From Eledone cirrhosa (taxonomy: Eukaryota), in the NCBI GenBank assembly GCA_964016885.1, contig OZ024743.1, positions 305,660,001-305,724,000 of the forward strand: 64,000 bases of DNA, written 5' to 3'. Under the pieces are notes generated by a model. That model did not search any database and was not told the DNA's origin. It saw only the letters and a list, made by a program, of their open reading frames with translations. This document shows, piece by piece, positions 45,018 through 58,659 of the stretch. Each line of letters opens with the position of its first letter. The stretch's first letter is position 1. The position numbers and the translations under genes were made by a program.

Positions 45018-45840
45018 TTCTCATTGGTATACGCGTACACACAGTCTGTTCGTTAGGACCTTCCGCCCGAGACCGATGGACAACTTCCAAGGTCCCTGGC
45101 CTGCCAGTGCTACCGAGGAGCTCTACCAGTTCGAGGCAAGCTCTACAGACATGGGCGCCCGGGCAGGGACCTTTCGAAAAAGATCTGTCCGAGATACGTG
45201 CGAGACGAAGAAACCGTCTCACACGCATTCATACACTGTCCGGGTGTTACCGACCTGTGGGGCTATGTAGAACGACTATTGTCGCGGGTGGGACCAATCG
45301 GGTTGACCACCGAGTCCATTGTCATGATCAAACCGCCACCCTCCTTCAAAAACGAAGGAGAGTCGGATTTCCTTTGTGTGATAGCTATGGCGAAAGAGGT
45401 TGTATGTTGGACGAGGTTAAAAAGGCTGAGGTCAGACACCTTTCTCTCCGGCCAACAACTGATTCTTTTTTTCAAATACCACTTTGGAAGAAGGATCAGG
45501 ATGGAGAGATAGGTGCTGTACCCCAGCAAGTTTTATGAAAGGTGGGTGAAAGTGGCGAGAATGGCCCGAGTGAATGGGCCTTCTCTCTATATCAGCCTGT
45601 AGGTTGAGGAAAAAGAGGAAGAGAGGAAAGGGGTACAAACTCTTCGTACTCCTGGAGTTGAGGGATGCACATTTTTTCGGGGGTATGTGTTTGCCCATAT
45701 GAAATGTCTCCCCCTATTGGGGAAAATCGATTAATTTTTAAATTGCATTTGTGATAGTATTTTACATGTTTTTATTGTATGTAAACGTCTCCCTTTGTAT
45801 TTGTCCCCTTCTTTTAGGCCCATGTGGCTAATAAAGAAAC
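45018..45840 (+). mobile_element. L1/Tx1-group LINE 3' fragment (degenerate zf-RVT region plus 3' UTR)
   Basis: DNFQ/SLACQCYRGALPVRGKLYRHG...CPRY..ETVSHAFIHC; ends with AATAAAGAAAC before a microsatellite. Confidence 0.75.
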
Positions 45841-45851
45841 ATATCTATCTA

Positions 45852-45899
<48 letters not shown>

Positions 45900-46150
45900 A
45901 TATTACATATATTAATAAACACAATACAAATATTCAGAGTGCAACCATACAATATTAGTGAGGCATGAAATTATGTCTTACCTTATCGCTGTCTCTGGAA
46001 AGACAAGTTGTGTTTGAGATATACAATTGATGTTGTGTATAATTCAACCAATCAAAATATTTCGTTTCTAAAATGATATGTGTCTATTATTCGTAGACTG
46101 TGTATTGTTCAGCACTTCTTTGTGTTCTCTCTCTTTCTTTCACCATTTCA

Positions 46151-46157
46151 CACGCAT

Positions 46158-46231
<74 letters not shown>

Positions 46232-46241
46232 GCGCGCGCGC
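46151..46241. repeat. (GCAC)n microsatellite
   Basis: Directly visible. Confidence 0.97.
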
Positions 46242-46306
46242 AAATATATATATATATAAACATACGATATATTAACAAATGGAAACTATATTTATAAAAC
46301 CATATT

Positions 46307-46371
46307 TATTTCATTATACATATTTCAAGGACACCAAGTTAAATTATGGCGTGCTTTCATCAGATAAAATA
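46307..46371 (-). ncRNA. Hammerhead motif in an H2-related pLTR fragment
   Basis: tattttat-CTGATGA-aagcacgcca...tggtgtcctt-GAAA-TATGTA-TA-atgaaata. Confidence 0.7.
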
Positions 46372-46771
46372 TAATATAGATCAGTTTTATAAATAAATAT
46401 TGACATACCCTTAAAGAATGCGACCATTTCTGTTGGAAGCTCCCGGATAGTGGGGTTATTAAATTTATTTATTCTATTATGCAAATTAGTGTCGAATATG
46501 TTTAAATCACAGTAGATTTCAAATAAGCCGCTGGGGTATGGAGAAAGGGAAAGAAAAGAAAGAGAAAAAAGAGAAAAAAGAGCAAACTCTAAGAGGAAAA
46601 TAAGAAAACAAGAAAAAGAGAAAGAGAAAGAGAAGGAAAAAGAGAAAAAAATGAGAAAGAGAAAGAGAAAGCTCTAAGTGATAGGTTGTTGTATTAGCGT
46701 AACTTTTAAGATGAAGTGAAAAAATAAATATTTATTGAATGAGTAAAGAAGAGTAAATAAGCGTGAATAGA

Positions 46772-46987
46772 AAATAAATAAATAATAATAACTGGAGAAT
46801 TTTAACCAGTGTTTAAATATGATTAAATGTTTAGTTTATCAATTAAATTTTTTTTTTTTTAATAATATATAGATCTCAATTTTTTATGTATAGATCTCAA
46901 TAATTTAATTGATGATTTAATTGATAAAACTAAACATTAATCATTTAAACACTGGTTAAAATTCTCCAGTTATTATTTATTTATTTA
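46772..46987. repeat. Imperfect inverted repeat (~80-bp arms)
   Basis: aactggagaattttaaccagtgtttaaa pairs with tttaaacactggttaaaattctccagtt. Confidence 0.85.
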
Positions 46988-48060
46988 TGATAACTGAATC
47001 TTGTCTTTGGAGTCTTTTTCAAAAAGTCCATTTTCATCCACAAACTTACGCAGATCTTCAATATCATAGTTTGTTTCCTGAAATATTTCTTAGGTTCCTT
47101 CCATTTCTGTATATGGCTATGATATCCCACAGTTAGCTAATATGCTATTCATTGCCTCGACTTGATGGGACAGGTCACACAAAGCTTGATTGTAAATTCT
47201 GGGGGTCCATTCCATATACATATTGTTATCATGTCTTCGGTCTAGGTATAGTCTTCCCAGATATTGTTCTGTACTCCTACCAGCGTAGATGAGCATCCTC
47301 AATTCCACATGATATGAGCATAATAGCAAACGACTGTTTTATTTGATAAGTGGAGTCTTGTGATTTGAATTTGAACTGTGAGTTGTGAATGTGAGGTTTA
47401 GTGATACCAAAGATGAGTCTTTCTAATATGTTTGAGAGTGGGCAAAGGATCATGCTGGGTCTGTTCATTCACTAGGGCTGTTTTTGCTTTTTAGAATTGC
47501 TTTCTAGATATTTGATGATTTTGGTATGAGTAGTTGTAGATACTTGTGGATACAGTAATTAATTTACACCCCAGGCTTTTCGTATGTATGTTTGTGGTTT
47601 TAGAAGGTCATAATTTAGTAGTAGCTGTAGATACTGGTGGGAAGAGTAATTAATCTACACCACAGGCCTTTCATAGGTATGATTATGGTATGTTTTCATA
47701 TTTATAGTAGTAGACACTAGTGGGTACAATAATTAATTCAGACCCTTAGCTTTTTATATGTATGCTTGTGGATTTAGCAGGCCATAAGGCTTTGGGATAT
47801 TTCAATTGCTTTATATCTTTTTAAGTTAGGGTGCTGGAGTGGCGCTAGAACATTGAACAAATTCTTAGCCGAATTTAAAATCCCACCGAAGTCAACTTTG
47901 CTTTTTATCTTCCCTGGGTTCATAAAATAAAGTACCATTAAAGAACTGGAGTCGATATAATCGATGTTACGTTTCCCCTACTTTTTAGGTGTAGAAGCAA
48001 AGGATAAATATCATAGGAGTGTGTATTTTTCAGAGTGGTTTTTTTTATAGTCTTTAATGG

Positions 48061-49180
48061 TTGGCACTCGAGATAAAACTTAAAAGGGAGTCGACTGATT
48101 TAGAACGTAGCACAATGGAAAGCATCCAGCAGATAGCTAATTCCATACACCAGAGTATAACTGTAACTATCGACTACCCTTCCAAACACCCTAAAAATAG
48201 ACTACCTGTATTAGACACGGAACTCTGGATTAACGCTATAGACGAGAGAGCCCAAATTCTCCACTCACACTATGCTAAACCCATGGCCTCCAAATACCTG
48301 ATACTCAAAAACTCAGCAATGTCCAGTAGTGATAAGTTTAATATTCTGATCGCAGACTTGGTACGAGTGATGAAGAACGTGTCCCGCATGTGCGACCCAA
48401 CAGAAATGGAAAGACACATCCAACACTTCATCAACCGCATGCAGTTCTCTGGCTACAACCAAAGAGACAGAGTCAGAGTATACGAAGGAGCCACGGAGAA
48501 GTATAAGACCCTCATAGAACTGGACATGAAAGGAATTTGCCCATTATACAGGAGCAAATCATGGAATAGCTTAGATAGGACTAGACATAAGATAAGGAAA
48601 GCCACCTCATGGTACGACAACCAGAGATACCAGAGTGTCATGTTTGTGGACGCTACCCCTGGAGGGAAATTAGCTAAACAGTGTAGAAAGGCCCTGAGAA
48701 AGACCCACTTAAAGATTAAGGTGGTAGAAAAGCCAGGAACCACCATAAAATCCCTGATCAGCAAAACTTACCCTTTTAAGAAAACCCACTGTACTAATAG
48801 GAAATGTATCATATGTAGAGTAAACGCCCAGATAAACTGTAAAACTAGAAACGTAGTCTATAGCATAAGATGTACAGAGGGTACTTGCAGAAACATGACA
48901 ACAACATACATAGGCGAGACAGCTCGTAGCATAGGTGAAAGGATAGACCAAAATTGAGGGGAACTAAAAAGACGAAAAAACAGTTCAGTACTATACGAAC
49001 ATGCCAGACAACAACACACCGGTAACATAGACAACATAGAAGTTAGAATAATATCTAAACATAGAAATGACCCAGCAGATAGGCAAATCAGAGAGGCCAG
49101 CGAAATAGAACTTAGAAGGCCAAGGCTAAGCAGAAAATATGAATGTAATAACCACACCGAAACAAACAATACTGACCTAA
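48061..49180 (+). pseudogene. PLE of a different clade: RT thumb plus GIY-YIG, 5'-truncated, in-frame TGA at 48955
   Basis: LPVLD, YAKPMAS, RMQFSGY, CxxxxCxxC, VVYSIRC...YIGETARS..ER; after the stop it continues LYEHARQQH...RQIREA. Confidence 0.85.
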
Positions 49181-49567
49181 GAGAAGTATAAATAAATAAA
49201 TAAATAAATAAATAAACAGACTAAATAAAGATGGCGTAAGCATACAATGCAACGGGAGGAAACATAATAACAACAATGACGATGTTGCAGATATGCAACA
49301 AAAGAACTTTGATAGACTATATATGTGTTTGTGTCTATATTGTATCTGTATTTTTGACCGTTGGTCAGTCAATGGCAACATTGAGGACTGAATAAATTAA
49401 ATTAACCGATATAAAAGACACAGAAGCGAAAAGCAACCAAACAGTGAGTGTGTTCTGTTATTAATTCTGGCTATATTATTACACAAATATGACCCTCCCA
49501 AGTATAACAATATTTGTTTCGACACACGATTTCATATCAAAAACCTCGCAAAACTAATTCATCGCCG

Positions 49568-49627
<60 letters not shown>

Positions 49628-49630
<3 letters not shown>

Positions 49631-50126
49631 TTATAATGAAATGACAGGAGGCTGTACTTGTGTAAATCCTTGAAAGGTTTATTATACTATGATCATTTCA
49701 ATGACCGGGTTTCGTATGAATCCGGTGATATCATCAGGTATTCGAAATATAATAAGTGAATGTAATAGATAAAAAACATGGGACTGAAAATCAAAGACCT
49801 GAGGGCGACCACCATCCAGCATCTTCCACCTTTGCCGGTCGCCCTCAAGTGACGTGGCTAAAGCTTACAGTGTGCTACTACCGGTCAAATAAAGGAAAAC
49901 AGAAAGGGATAGGAACATAAGTCAGCGTTAATATCATGCCACAAGAAAAAAGAAAGAAAGAAAGAAGAGAGAAGAAGGGGGAAGGAAGAAAAGGAAGAAG
50001 AAGAGAAGTCAGGGTTAATGTCAGCTACAAGGATTCATACGGAACCCGGTCATTGAAATGATCATAGTATAATAAACTTTTCAAGGATTTACACAAGTCC
50101 AGCCTCCTGTCATTTCATTATAATAT
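49628..50126. repeat. Inverted repeat (~95-bp arms) from a pLTR with a degenerate hammerhead at ~49697-49746 (minus strand)
   Basis: 49628-49722 is the reverse complement of 50031-50126; CTGATGA-tatcaccggattcatac-GAAA-CCCGG-TC. Confidence 0.6.
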
Positions 50127-50363
50127 CTAACTCCGTACTAGCACCACCAACTACAAAAATAAAGACGGTTGAACTGCTTTACGTTGAGTATTCTCCATAT
50201 TATTACATTAAGATTGACCATACGGAATTGACCAGCTCTATCCAGTGGTGAACCTCAAACCTGAATATTTATATATATCTATATATAACGAAGGAAGTGT
50301 GGTAAGAACCAGATGGACCATAACGCACCAGAGTACAAAATACTTAGGGTAGTAGAGTGGGTA

Positions 50364-50481
50364 ATAGGAAAATGTTTAACCCCGACGGCAGAGCTCAAGA
50401 CGTTTCGACGGCTATTTCTGGATGCAGTCTAGAAATAGCTGTCGAAACGGCTTGAGCTCTGCCGTCGGGGTTAAACATTTT

Positions 50482-50485
<4 letters not shown>
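50364..50485. repeat. Palindrome of a pLTR fragment (related copy at 53765-53822)
   Basis: Near-perfect ~55-bp arms containing ...gtcGAAAcgTC, the 3' half of a hammerhead. Confidence 0.7.
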
Positions 50486-50570
<85 letters not shown>

Positions 50571-51721
50571 TCGCACACCGCTCCCATAACTATACGTATA
50601 TAAAGAGGGAGAGGGAGAGAGAATAATTCACAATAGAATTAAAAATTATTTCTTTAAGCATTGCTTGAAACGTTGAAATTTTATCGCCCACTTGTTATTT
50701 GACTTAAAGTTAAAAAGAAGTTGTTTTTCCTTTTAATTTTCATTAGTCATTGCACCTATATATAAGAAAAGGAATGTCACAGTGTTAAACTAAATACCTC
50801 TGGAAAACAAGATATATTGCCACAGATTTACGTATATAGTTAGACATATATTCGCTCCATTGCACAGTATATTTTTGTATTTCTTTTGTTGTTATTGCTG
50901 TTCACACAGAAATATATTATAACTAACTCCTAACATCCTGTAAGTATTTAGCAGGAAATATCTAAAAACAGTTTTGTCAATTCCGATCTTTGTATTTTCA
51001 AGAATATCTTTCTAACACAGTTTCATGGGGTATAGGACCCTAAGAGTTAGCCTATAACATCATATGATGATAAAGCAGAACATATCTAAAAATGTGTTTT
51101 TTAACTCAAATTTGGCCTTATGTAGAAGTCGCCTATGTAACTCTTGATATGATTTGCATTCTGTGTGCAATATTAACGATGTTGGATATCCACTGCATCT
51201 CAATATATTTTCTTAAGTAGTTTTAGTAAAAAAAGCAAGCAATCGTTATTGTTTAACCGTAAAACAGCCCTCTTCCAGTAGAACTATGATCAAAGATATT
51301 TTAGCTGTGGCCATCCCATCGTTGTTCTATATACAGGAAACTCAGACCCATTTTATCCGATATGCCTTTGCTTAAAATGGCATGGAGGTGTTTGTATAAA
51401 GATTAAAAATAGCAGTAAATCCTCTATAGGAAAGTACTAAATTCTGGAAGTGTTATGTTTATTAATTACAAAGGCTTTGGCGGCGAAATGGTTATGAACT
51501 AAAGTAATACATACTATCGGTTTCTACCGACTATTAAAGATAAGGATTGTTCTCATATCTGCGTCAGAAAATAATGGGCACTTTTCTTATGGAGACAGCT
51601 TACTACTTTATATATATATATATAATCTTTATGATACGATTTAGTAAGTGACGGTCAACTGTAACTGTATCTAGTCTCTTCGACTAGCTTCATAAACTAA
51701 TATATATATATATATATATAT

Positions 51722-53395
<1,674 letters not shown>

Positions 53396-53474
53396 TATTG
53401 AAGTTTCCGTTGAAAATTGAAAAAGTCATAGGAGTGAAGAGTGCTCTATGTAAGTACCAGAGCTAGATTTAATG

Positions 53475-53713
53475 TATAATAAACAATACAATATAATTAC
53501 CTCATTACCAGAGGTTTCCCGAATAAGACGAATACAAAAAAACGTCCTCATTCGTTCGTCGGACAAGGCAATTTAAAACATGAGGAGATTTTTCAAATAT
53601 TTCACTATGTTTTAAATTGCCTTGTCCGACGAACGAATGCGGACGTTTTTTGTATTCGTCTTATTCGGGAAACCTCTGGTAATTAGGTAATTATATTGTA
53701 TTGTTTATTATAT
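53475..53713. repeat. Palindrome (~107-bp arms), each arm with a CCGACGA-core hammerhead-like motif (53495-53573 minus; 53615-53692 plus)
   Basis: aattgccttgt-CCGACGA-a-cgaatg...tattcg-g-GAAA-cctctgg-TA-at(g/t)aggtaatt. Confidence 0.65.
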
Positions 53714-53831
53714 ATTATATATATATATATAATAAACAATACAATATAATTCTTCTTATTTTAGTCCAGAAATAGCCGTCGAAACGACTTGAGCTCTGCC
53801 TTCGGGGTCATACTTTTTCCTATATATATAT

Positions 53832-54190
53832 ATAAAGAATGATTAATAAAACAGGTAGGCATCATAAAATGGTAATTTATTCCAAGTGTTTACAAATGTT
53901 TCTTTAGTAGTTACACAGCCTAGTCATGCTATATTCATGACTAGGCTGTGTAACTACTAAAGAAACATTTGTAAACACTTGGAATAAATTACCATTTTAT
54001 GATGCCTACCTGTTTTATTAATCATTCTTTATCTACACTCCGGAATATAAAAGAATCAGAAACCAAGTTTCTTTAACTGTTCTTTTGTAACTCGTTGAGT
54101 AACCTCTCACCGTACGTCGACTCTATCTAGTGTAGTAATTAACCATTACTGCATTCAGGATAATCCTAAGCTATTCTTGCATAACCTAAT
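53832..54190. repeat. Perfect palindrome (53832-54032) plus tail; pLTR fragment with a hammerhead truncated at the inversion centre
   Basis: ~97-bp arms; the right arm begins ..ATGA-ctag...ctaaa-GAAA-catttg-TA. Confidence 0.7.
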
Positions 54191-54258
54191 AATTATATAT
54201 ATATATATATATATATATGATATTAAATAAATGGAAACTATATTTATAAAACCATATT

Positions 54259-54324
54259 TATTTCATTATATATATTTCAGGGATATCATATTAACAATAT
54301 GTTATGCCTTCTTCAGACAAAATA
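54259..54324 (-). ncRNA. Hammerhead motif in the inverted H2 pLTR
   Basis: CTGAAGA...GAAA TATATA TA. Confidence 0.75.
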
Positions 54325-54581
54325 CAATATAAACAGTCTTATAAATAAATAGATACGACATACCTTTCAATCGACTTGCAATTGGGAAGTTGATTTGGCA
54401 GTAAAAAATATTGTGGACAGTTGTAAAAAGAAAGAGAGAAAGAAAGAAAGAAAGAAAGAAAGAAAAACGAAGAAAAAGAAGAAATGCATGTGACTAAATA
54501 GAGAGATATAGAAAGATAGATAGAGAGAAGAACTTCATGTAAAGATAGCTTAGAGAAAACTGAGAGAGCTTAGAGAAGATC

Positions 54582-56475
54582 TTGGTAAAATCTGACAAGA
54601 CCAACAACCTCTATGGAGTGCAGAAAGACATGTATAATGGCCTCATACTAAAAGAACTGAGGAAAAAGTACAAGGTAGCAGATAAGGCCGAGCTAGAGAA
54701 AATGAATGTTGAGGCATCTTGTATAATGCACGAGTTGGAAATTGAGAACAGAACACAACCTTTCGTGCCCAGGAAACCGAAGATCAATATGAAAGATCAC
54801 AAGAGAAATTTTGAGAATGACTTGCCAGTCAGATTGATTGCACCATCAAAATCGGACCTGGGTAAACTAAGCAAAAACATTCTTGACAGGGTGATACAGC
54901 AAATTAAAAACTTGAGTTGTTTACCTAACCTGAGCTTGTGGAAGGGAACTGGTGAGGTTGTTGAGTGGTTTAAGCAAATTAAATATAACAATAATAAGAA
55001 GTTTATTCAACTTGATATTGCTAACTATTATTCTTCTATTACCCCTAATCTACTAAATAAGGCACTAAATTACGCATTCAAACATACGGACCTAACTAGC
55101 AATGAAATGCACATTATATTATCGGCTAGGAAAACATTGATAGAATTTAATGACCAACTATGGACCCGAGCAGATAGAGATAACAATTTTGACATTACTA
55201 TGGGATCATCCGACTCAGCTCAGGTAACTGACCTTGTGGGCTTATTTTTAATCAATTCGCTGCATAGGAAAATACCTGGTACTACCGGAGGTTTATATAG
55301 AGATGACATGCTTTTACTTATTGATAATAATAACTCTGAACTAAATAGAAAAAGAAACCAAATTACACAATTTTTTAATCACTTTAATCTAAAAATAGAA
55401 ATTGAGAATAACCATAGAATAGTCAACTTCCTAGATATAACATTAAATCTCAACACATGTCTTCACTATCCATTTCACAAGTTGAATGAAAACTTAAACT
55501 ATGTCAGCTTTAACTCTAACCCCCCCCCCCCAGATCTGTTAAAAATACTATAGTAAACTCTGTTCAAAAACGTATCTCTAGAATCTCATCTAATAAAAAG
55601 ATTTTCGACGAAAAAGCCCATTATTACAATGAAGCGTTAGCTAGAGCAGGATATAGTGATAAAATTATGTACATAGATAATGATAAACAAATTAAACAAA
55701 ATAACAACTATTTTAATTACGGCCACAACCTTAACAACTATAATAGAAAGCATTACAATAATTCCAAAAGCCATAAAAGAAATAGAACTAGGAATATAAT
55801 ATGGTTTGCCCCCCTTTCTCACTAAACATTAAAACCCACATCGCTAAACTATTTTTTAAAGCTCTTGATAATCGCTTCCCTAGAACACATAGGTATCACT
55901 CAATTTTCAATAGACATACTATAAAATTAACCTACACATCCACCAAAAATTTAGCACAAAATATTAATAGAATAAATAATAGGAACTTAAAACCTAGCGA
56001 TAATAGCATAAATAATATCCAAGTTAACAAATGTAACTGTAGAGATAGATCTAAATGTCCGTTAAATAACAACTGCTTAGTTAAAAATATAATATACAAC
56101 TGTAATGTTAAAACGGACGTTAATTCTTTTAACTACGTTGGTTCCACATCGACGGAATTTAAACTTCGCTATAACAACCACAAGAATTATTTCACAGATC
56201 CATCCAAAAAATCTTCAACAGCACTATCAGGCGTACTCTGGCAACTTAGGCATGATAACGTTAGATATTCGACGACTTGGAATATAGTTTCAAGAGGGAT
56301 TCCTTTTAATTCATCCTCTGAGACATGTGACCTCTGTGCGGAGGAGATATTCTTTATACTAAAATCTAAAAATTCCCTTAATCTACGGACAAATTTATTC
56401 AGTTGCTGCAGACATAGATTGAACTCAACGTTTAAATATAAATTTAAATTTAAAATGTCGTTATGTTTGATTTGA
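54582..56475 (+). pseudogene. PLE H2 RT-GIY-YIG, 5'-truncated, frameshifted at the poly-C run near 55520-55531 and again near 55800
   Basis: SDKTNN, LDIANYY, MGSSDS, YRDD, CNCRDRSKC, IIYNC..YVGST and CDLC. Confidence 0.9.
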
Positions 56476-57703
56476 TTTGTAATTATTTATGAAACTAGCC
56501 GATAAATCTTTCGATTTCTTCTTTTTATTAAAACATTCTTTTTATTAAAACATTCTTCATGAATAATTAAACTACCCTAAAAGCTGATGCTCCAAATATA
56601 TCGAATTAAATTTTACACTAGATAAACTTCTATATTAAATATAAGAACATATGTAGACCAAATGGGTATCCTAAACTTTTGGAATGATTTCTGCTAGACA
56701 GGATTTGGTAAATAATTTTTGTTTTATCTGTTTCGACTCTGATGCTTATGATGAACTTGGCAATATATTGTCAATTAACTTTGAAAGGCTGATCTTTGTG
56801 GCCGATTTGCGTGGCATACTATGTTTTATTTTTATTATTTTTAATATTTTGTAATATTTTTATTTTTAATATTAAATGTTTTAGTTTTCTGTTTATTTAT
56901 TTTTTTTCTTGTCTCTGATATTTTTATTTTTATTTTTATTTTTATTTTTATTTTTATTTTTATTTTTATTTTTATTTTTATTTTTATTTTTATTTTTATT
57001 TTTATTTTTATTTTTATTTTTATTTTTATTTTTATTAATATATTGAAATCTGTTCTCTATTTCTGCTTGATCGACAATCATGTAGAGTAAAGACAAGAAT
57101 AGTATTGTTAAAATTAATATAGACTCTATATATATGTGTATATATACACACATATATGTATACTTGAATTTTTATAGCACAATGAGAATGTTTTCGTGTG
57201 AATTGAGAGTTTGTTTATAATTATGATATAAACATATGAATTTTTTAAAACTAGACATAAGATCATTACTTTTCACACATTATAGATACATGTCTCATTC
57301 ATGAATACTGATATTTACATTATAATGCCTGTTTTATACGAACTAATATTTTCTACATGATGAAACATAGCGTTTTTTAAATTCTGCCTCGTTTATGTCT
57401 GGTTATTTTTCATTTTCTCTTTTTCATTTTCTCTTTTTTCTCTCTATATAACGGCTATTTTCTCTCTTAACTACATACATCTCTCTTTACATTAATACTA
57501 GAGCTAAATAAATAAATAAATAAATAAATAAATGTATCAACTGATACTCAACTACCTAGTTTCTCTATCTATCTCTATCTATCTCTTTCTTTTTTCCTCT
57601 CTCTATATATCTCTCTCAGTTTCTTTACATGAAGTTCTTCTCTCTATCTATCTTTCTATATCTCTCTATTTAGTCACATGCATTTCTTCTTTTTCTTCGT
57701 TTT

Positions 57704-57738
<35 letters not shown>

Positions 57739-57850
57739 CTCTTTCTTTTTAGAACTGTCCACAATATTTTTTACTGCCAAATCAACTTCCCAATTGCAAG
57801 TCGATTGAAAGGTATGTCGTATCTATTTATTTATAAGACTGTTTATATTG

Positions 57851-57916
57851 TATTTTGTCTGAAGAAGGCATAACATATTGTTAATATGATATCCCTGAAA
57901 TATACATAATGAAATA
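57851..57916 (+). ncRNA. Hammerhead motif in the H2 3' pLTR
   Basis: tattttgt-CTGAAGA-agg...cct-GAAA-TATACA-TA-atgaaata. Confidence 0.72.
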
Positions 57917-58044
57917 AATATGGTTTTATAAATATAGTTTCCATTTATTTAATATCATAAATATACTCCAAATACTTGTTGAGTGCTTTTATATCAGTTA
58001 TAAATATTTACTCGTTGTTAACCCAACAATTTAAATATAACTTT

Positions 58045-58093
<49 letters not shown>

Positions 58094-58096
<3 letters not shown>

Positions 58097-58287
58097 TTAA
58101 TATAGATGAGATTCTACAGGACTAGAACTGTTTCATTCTTTAGAAATCACCAGGAATTCCTGATGATTTCTAAAGAATGAAACAGTTCTCGTCCTGTAGA
58201 ATCTCATCTATATTAAAACTTTTATACTCTGCAATGTATTGAGTACCTTACTTACTGTGGTTACCTCCGATTCAACCCGGAATAACG
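58094..58287 (+). mobile_element. pLTR fragment with 5' inversion and a hammerhead at 58156-58202
   Basis: Palindrome centred on ggaattcc (58153-58160); attc-CTGATGA-tttctaaagaat-GAAA-cagttctcgtcctg-TA-gaat. Confidence 0.72.
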
Positions 58288-58659
58288 TATATATATATAT
58301 AGAGAGCAGTAGTAACACAACAGTAAGTTCACCATACTGAGAACAATTGTTACACCTTATGCGGACTGGTCATGGTTATACGGGACAGGAAGAACAACCG
58401 TATGAACGCGCATGCGCTGAAACGGTCACTTCTCCAAGCGATACAAAACCACGAGCGAAAGGTGTAAGGAAGATAACTGCGAAATTCCAGAAAAGATGTT
58501 CGAGTTGATTAGAAAATAAGAATGTTGTTGTTATTCAATCGGAGCTCTTGACAGCAAAATTACAGGCACCAGTAACACCTACCTGAAATCGAGAGCCTAC
58601 CTCCTAAGGTAACTGAACTCGCTCCTTTCGTAGCGGACCGTCTTCACTTAGTTGCTAAA

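Larger units (their letters stand above)
54217..58046 (+). mobile_element. PLE family H2: inverted 5' pLTR (54217-~54568), truncated ORF, long 3' UTR with (TTTTTA)n, and 3' pLTR
   Basis: 54217-54545 is the reverse complement of ~57622-57958; RT plus GIY-YIG; ends directly in (AT)n. Confidence 0.92.

Noticed and set aside
48955-48957. In-frame TGA as selenocysteine, as reported for some Naiad PLEs
   Set aside because: It is not at a Cys position, the copy is truncated, and I could not identify a SECIS; a nonsense mutation is more likely
49500-49572. Hammerhead on the minus strand (CGATGA...GAAA)
   Set aside because: The core lacks a nucleotide and stems II and III do not pair convincingly; at most a decayed remnant
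50550-51650. Possible host exon or regulatory sequence
   Set aside because: AT-rich, with no ORF, splice pattern or repeat structure that I can support
56915-57035. (NK)n peptide ORF
   Set aside because: It is the (TTTTTA)n repeat in the PLE 3' UTR
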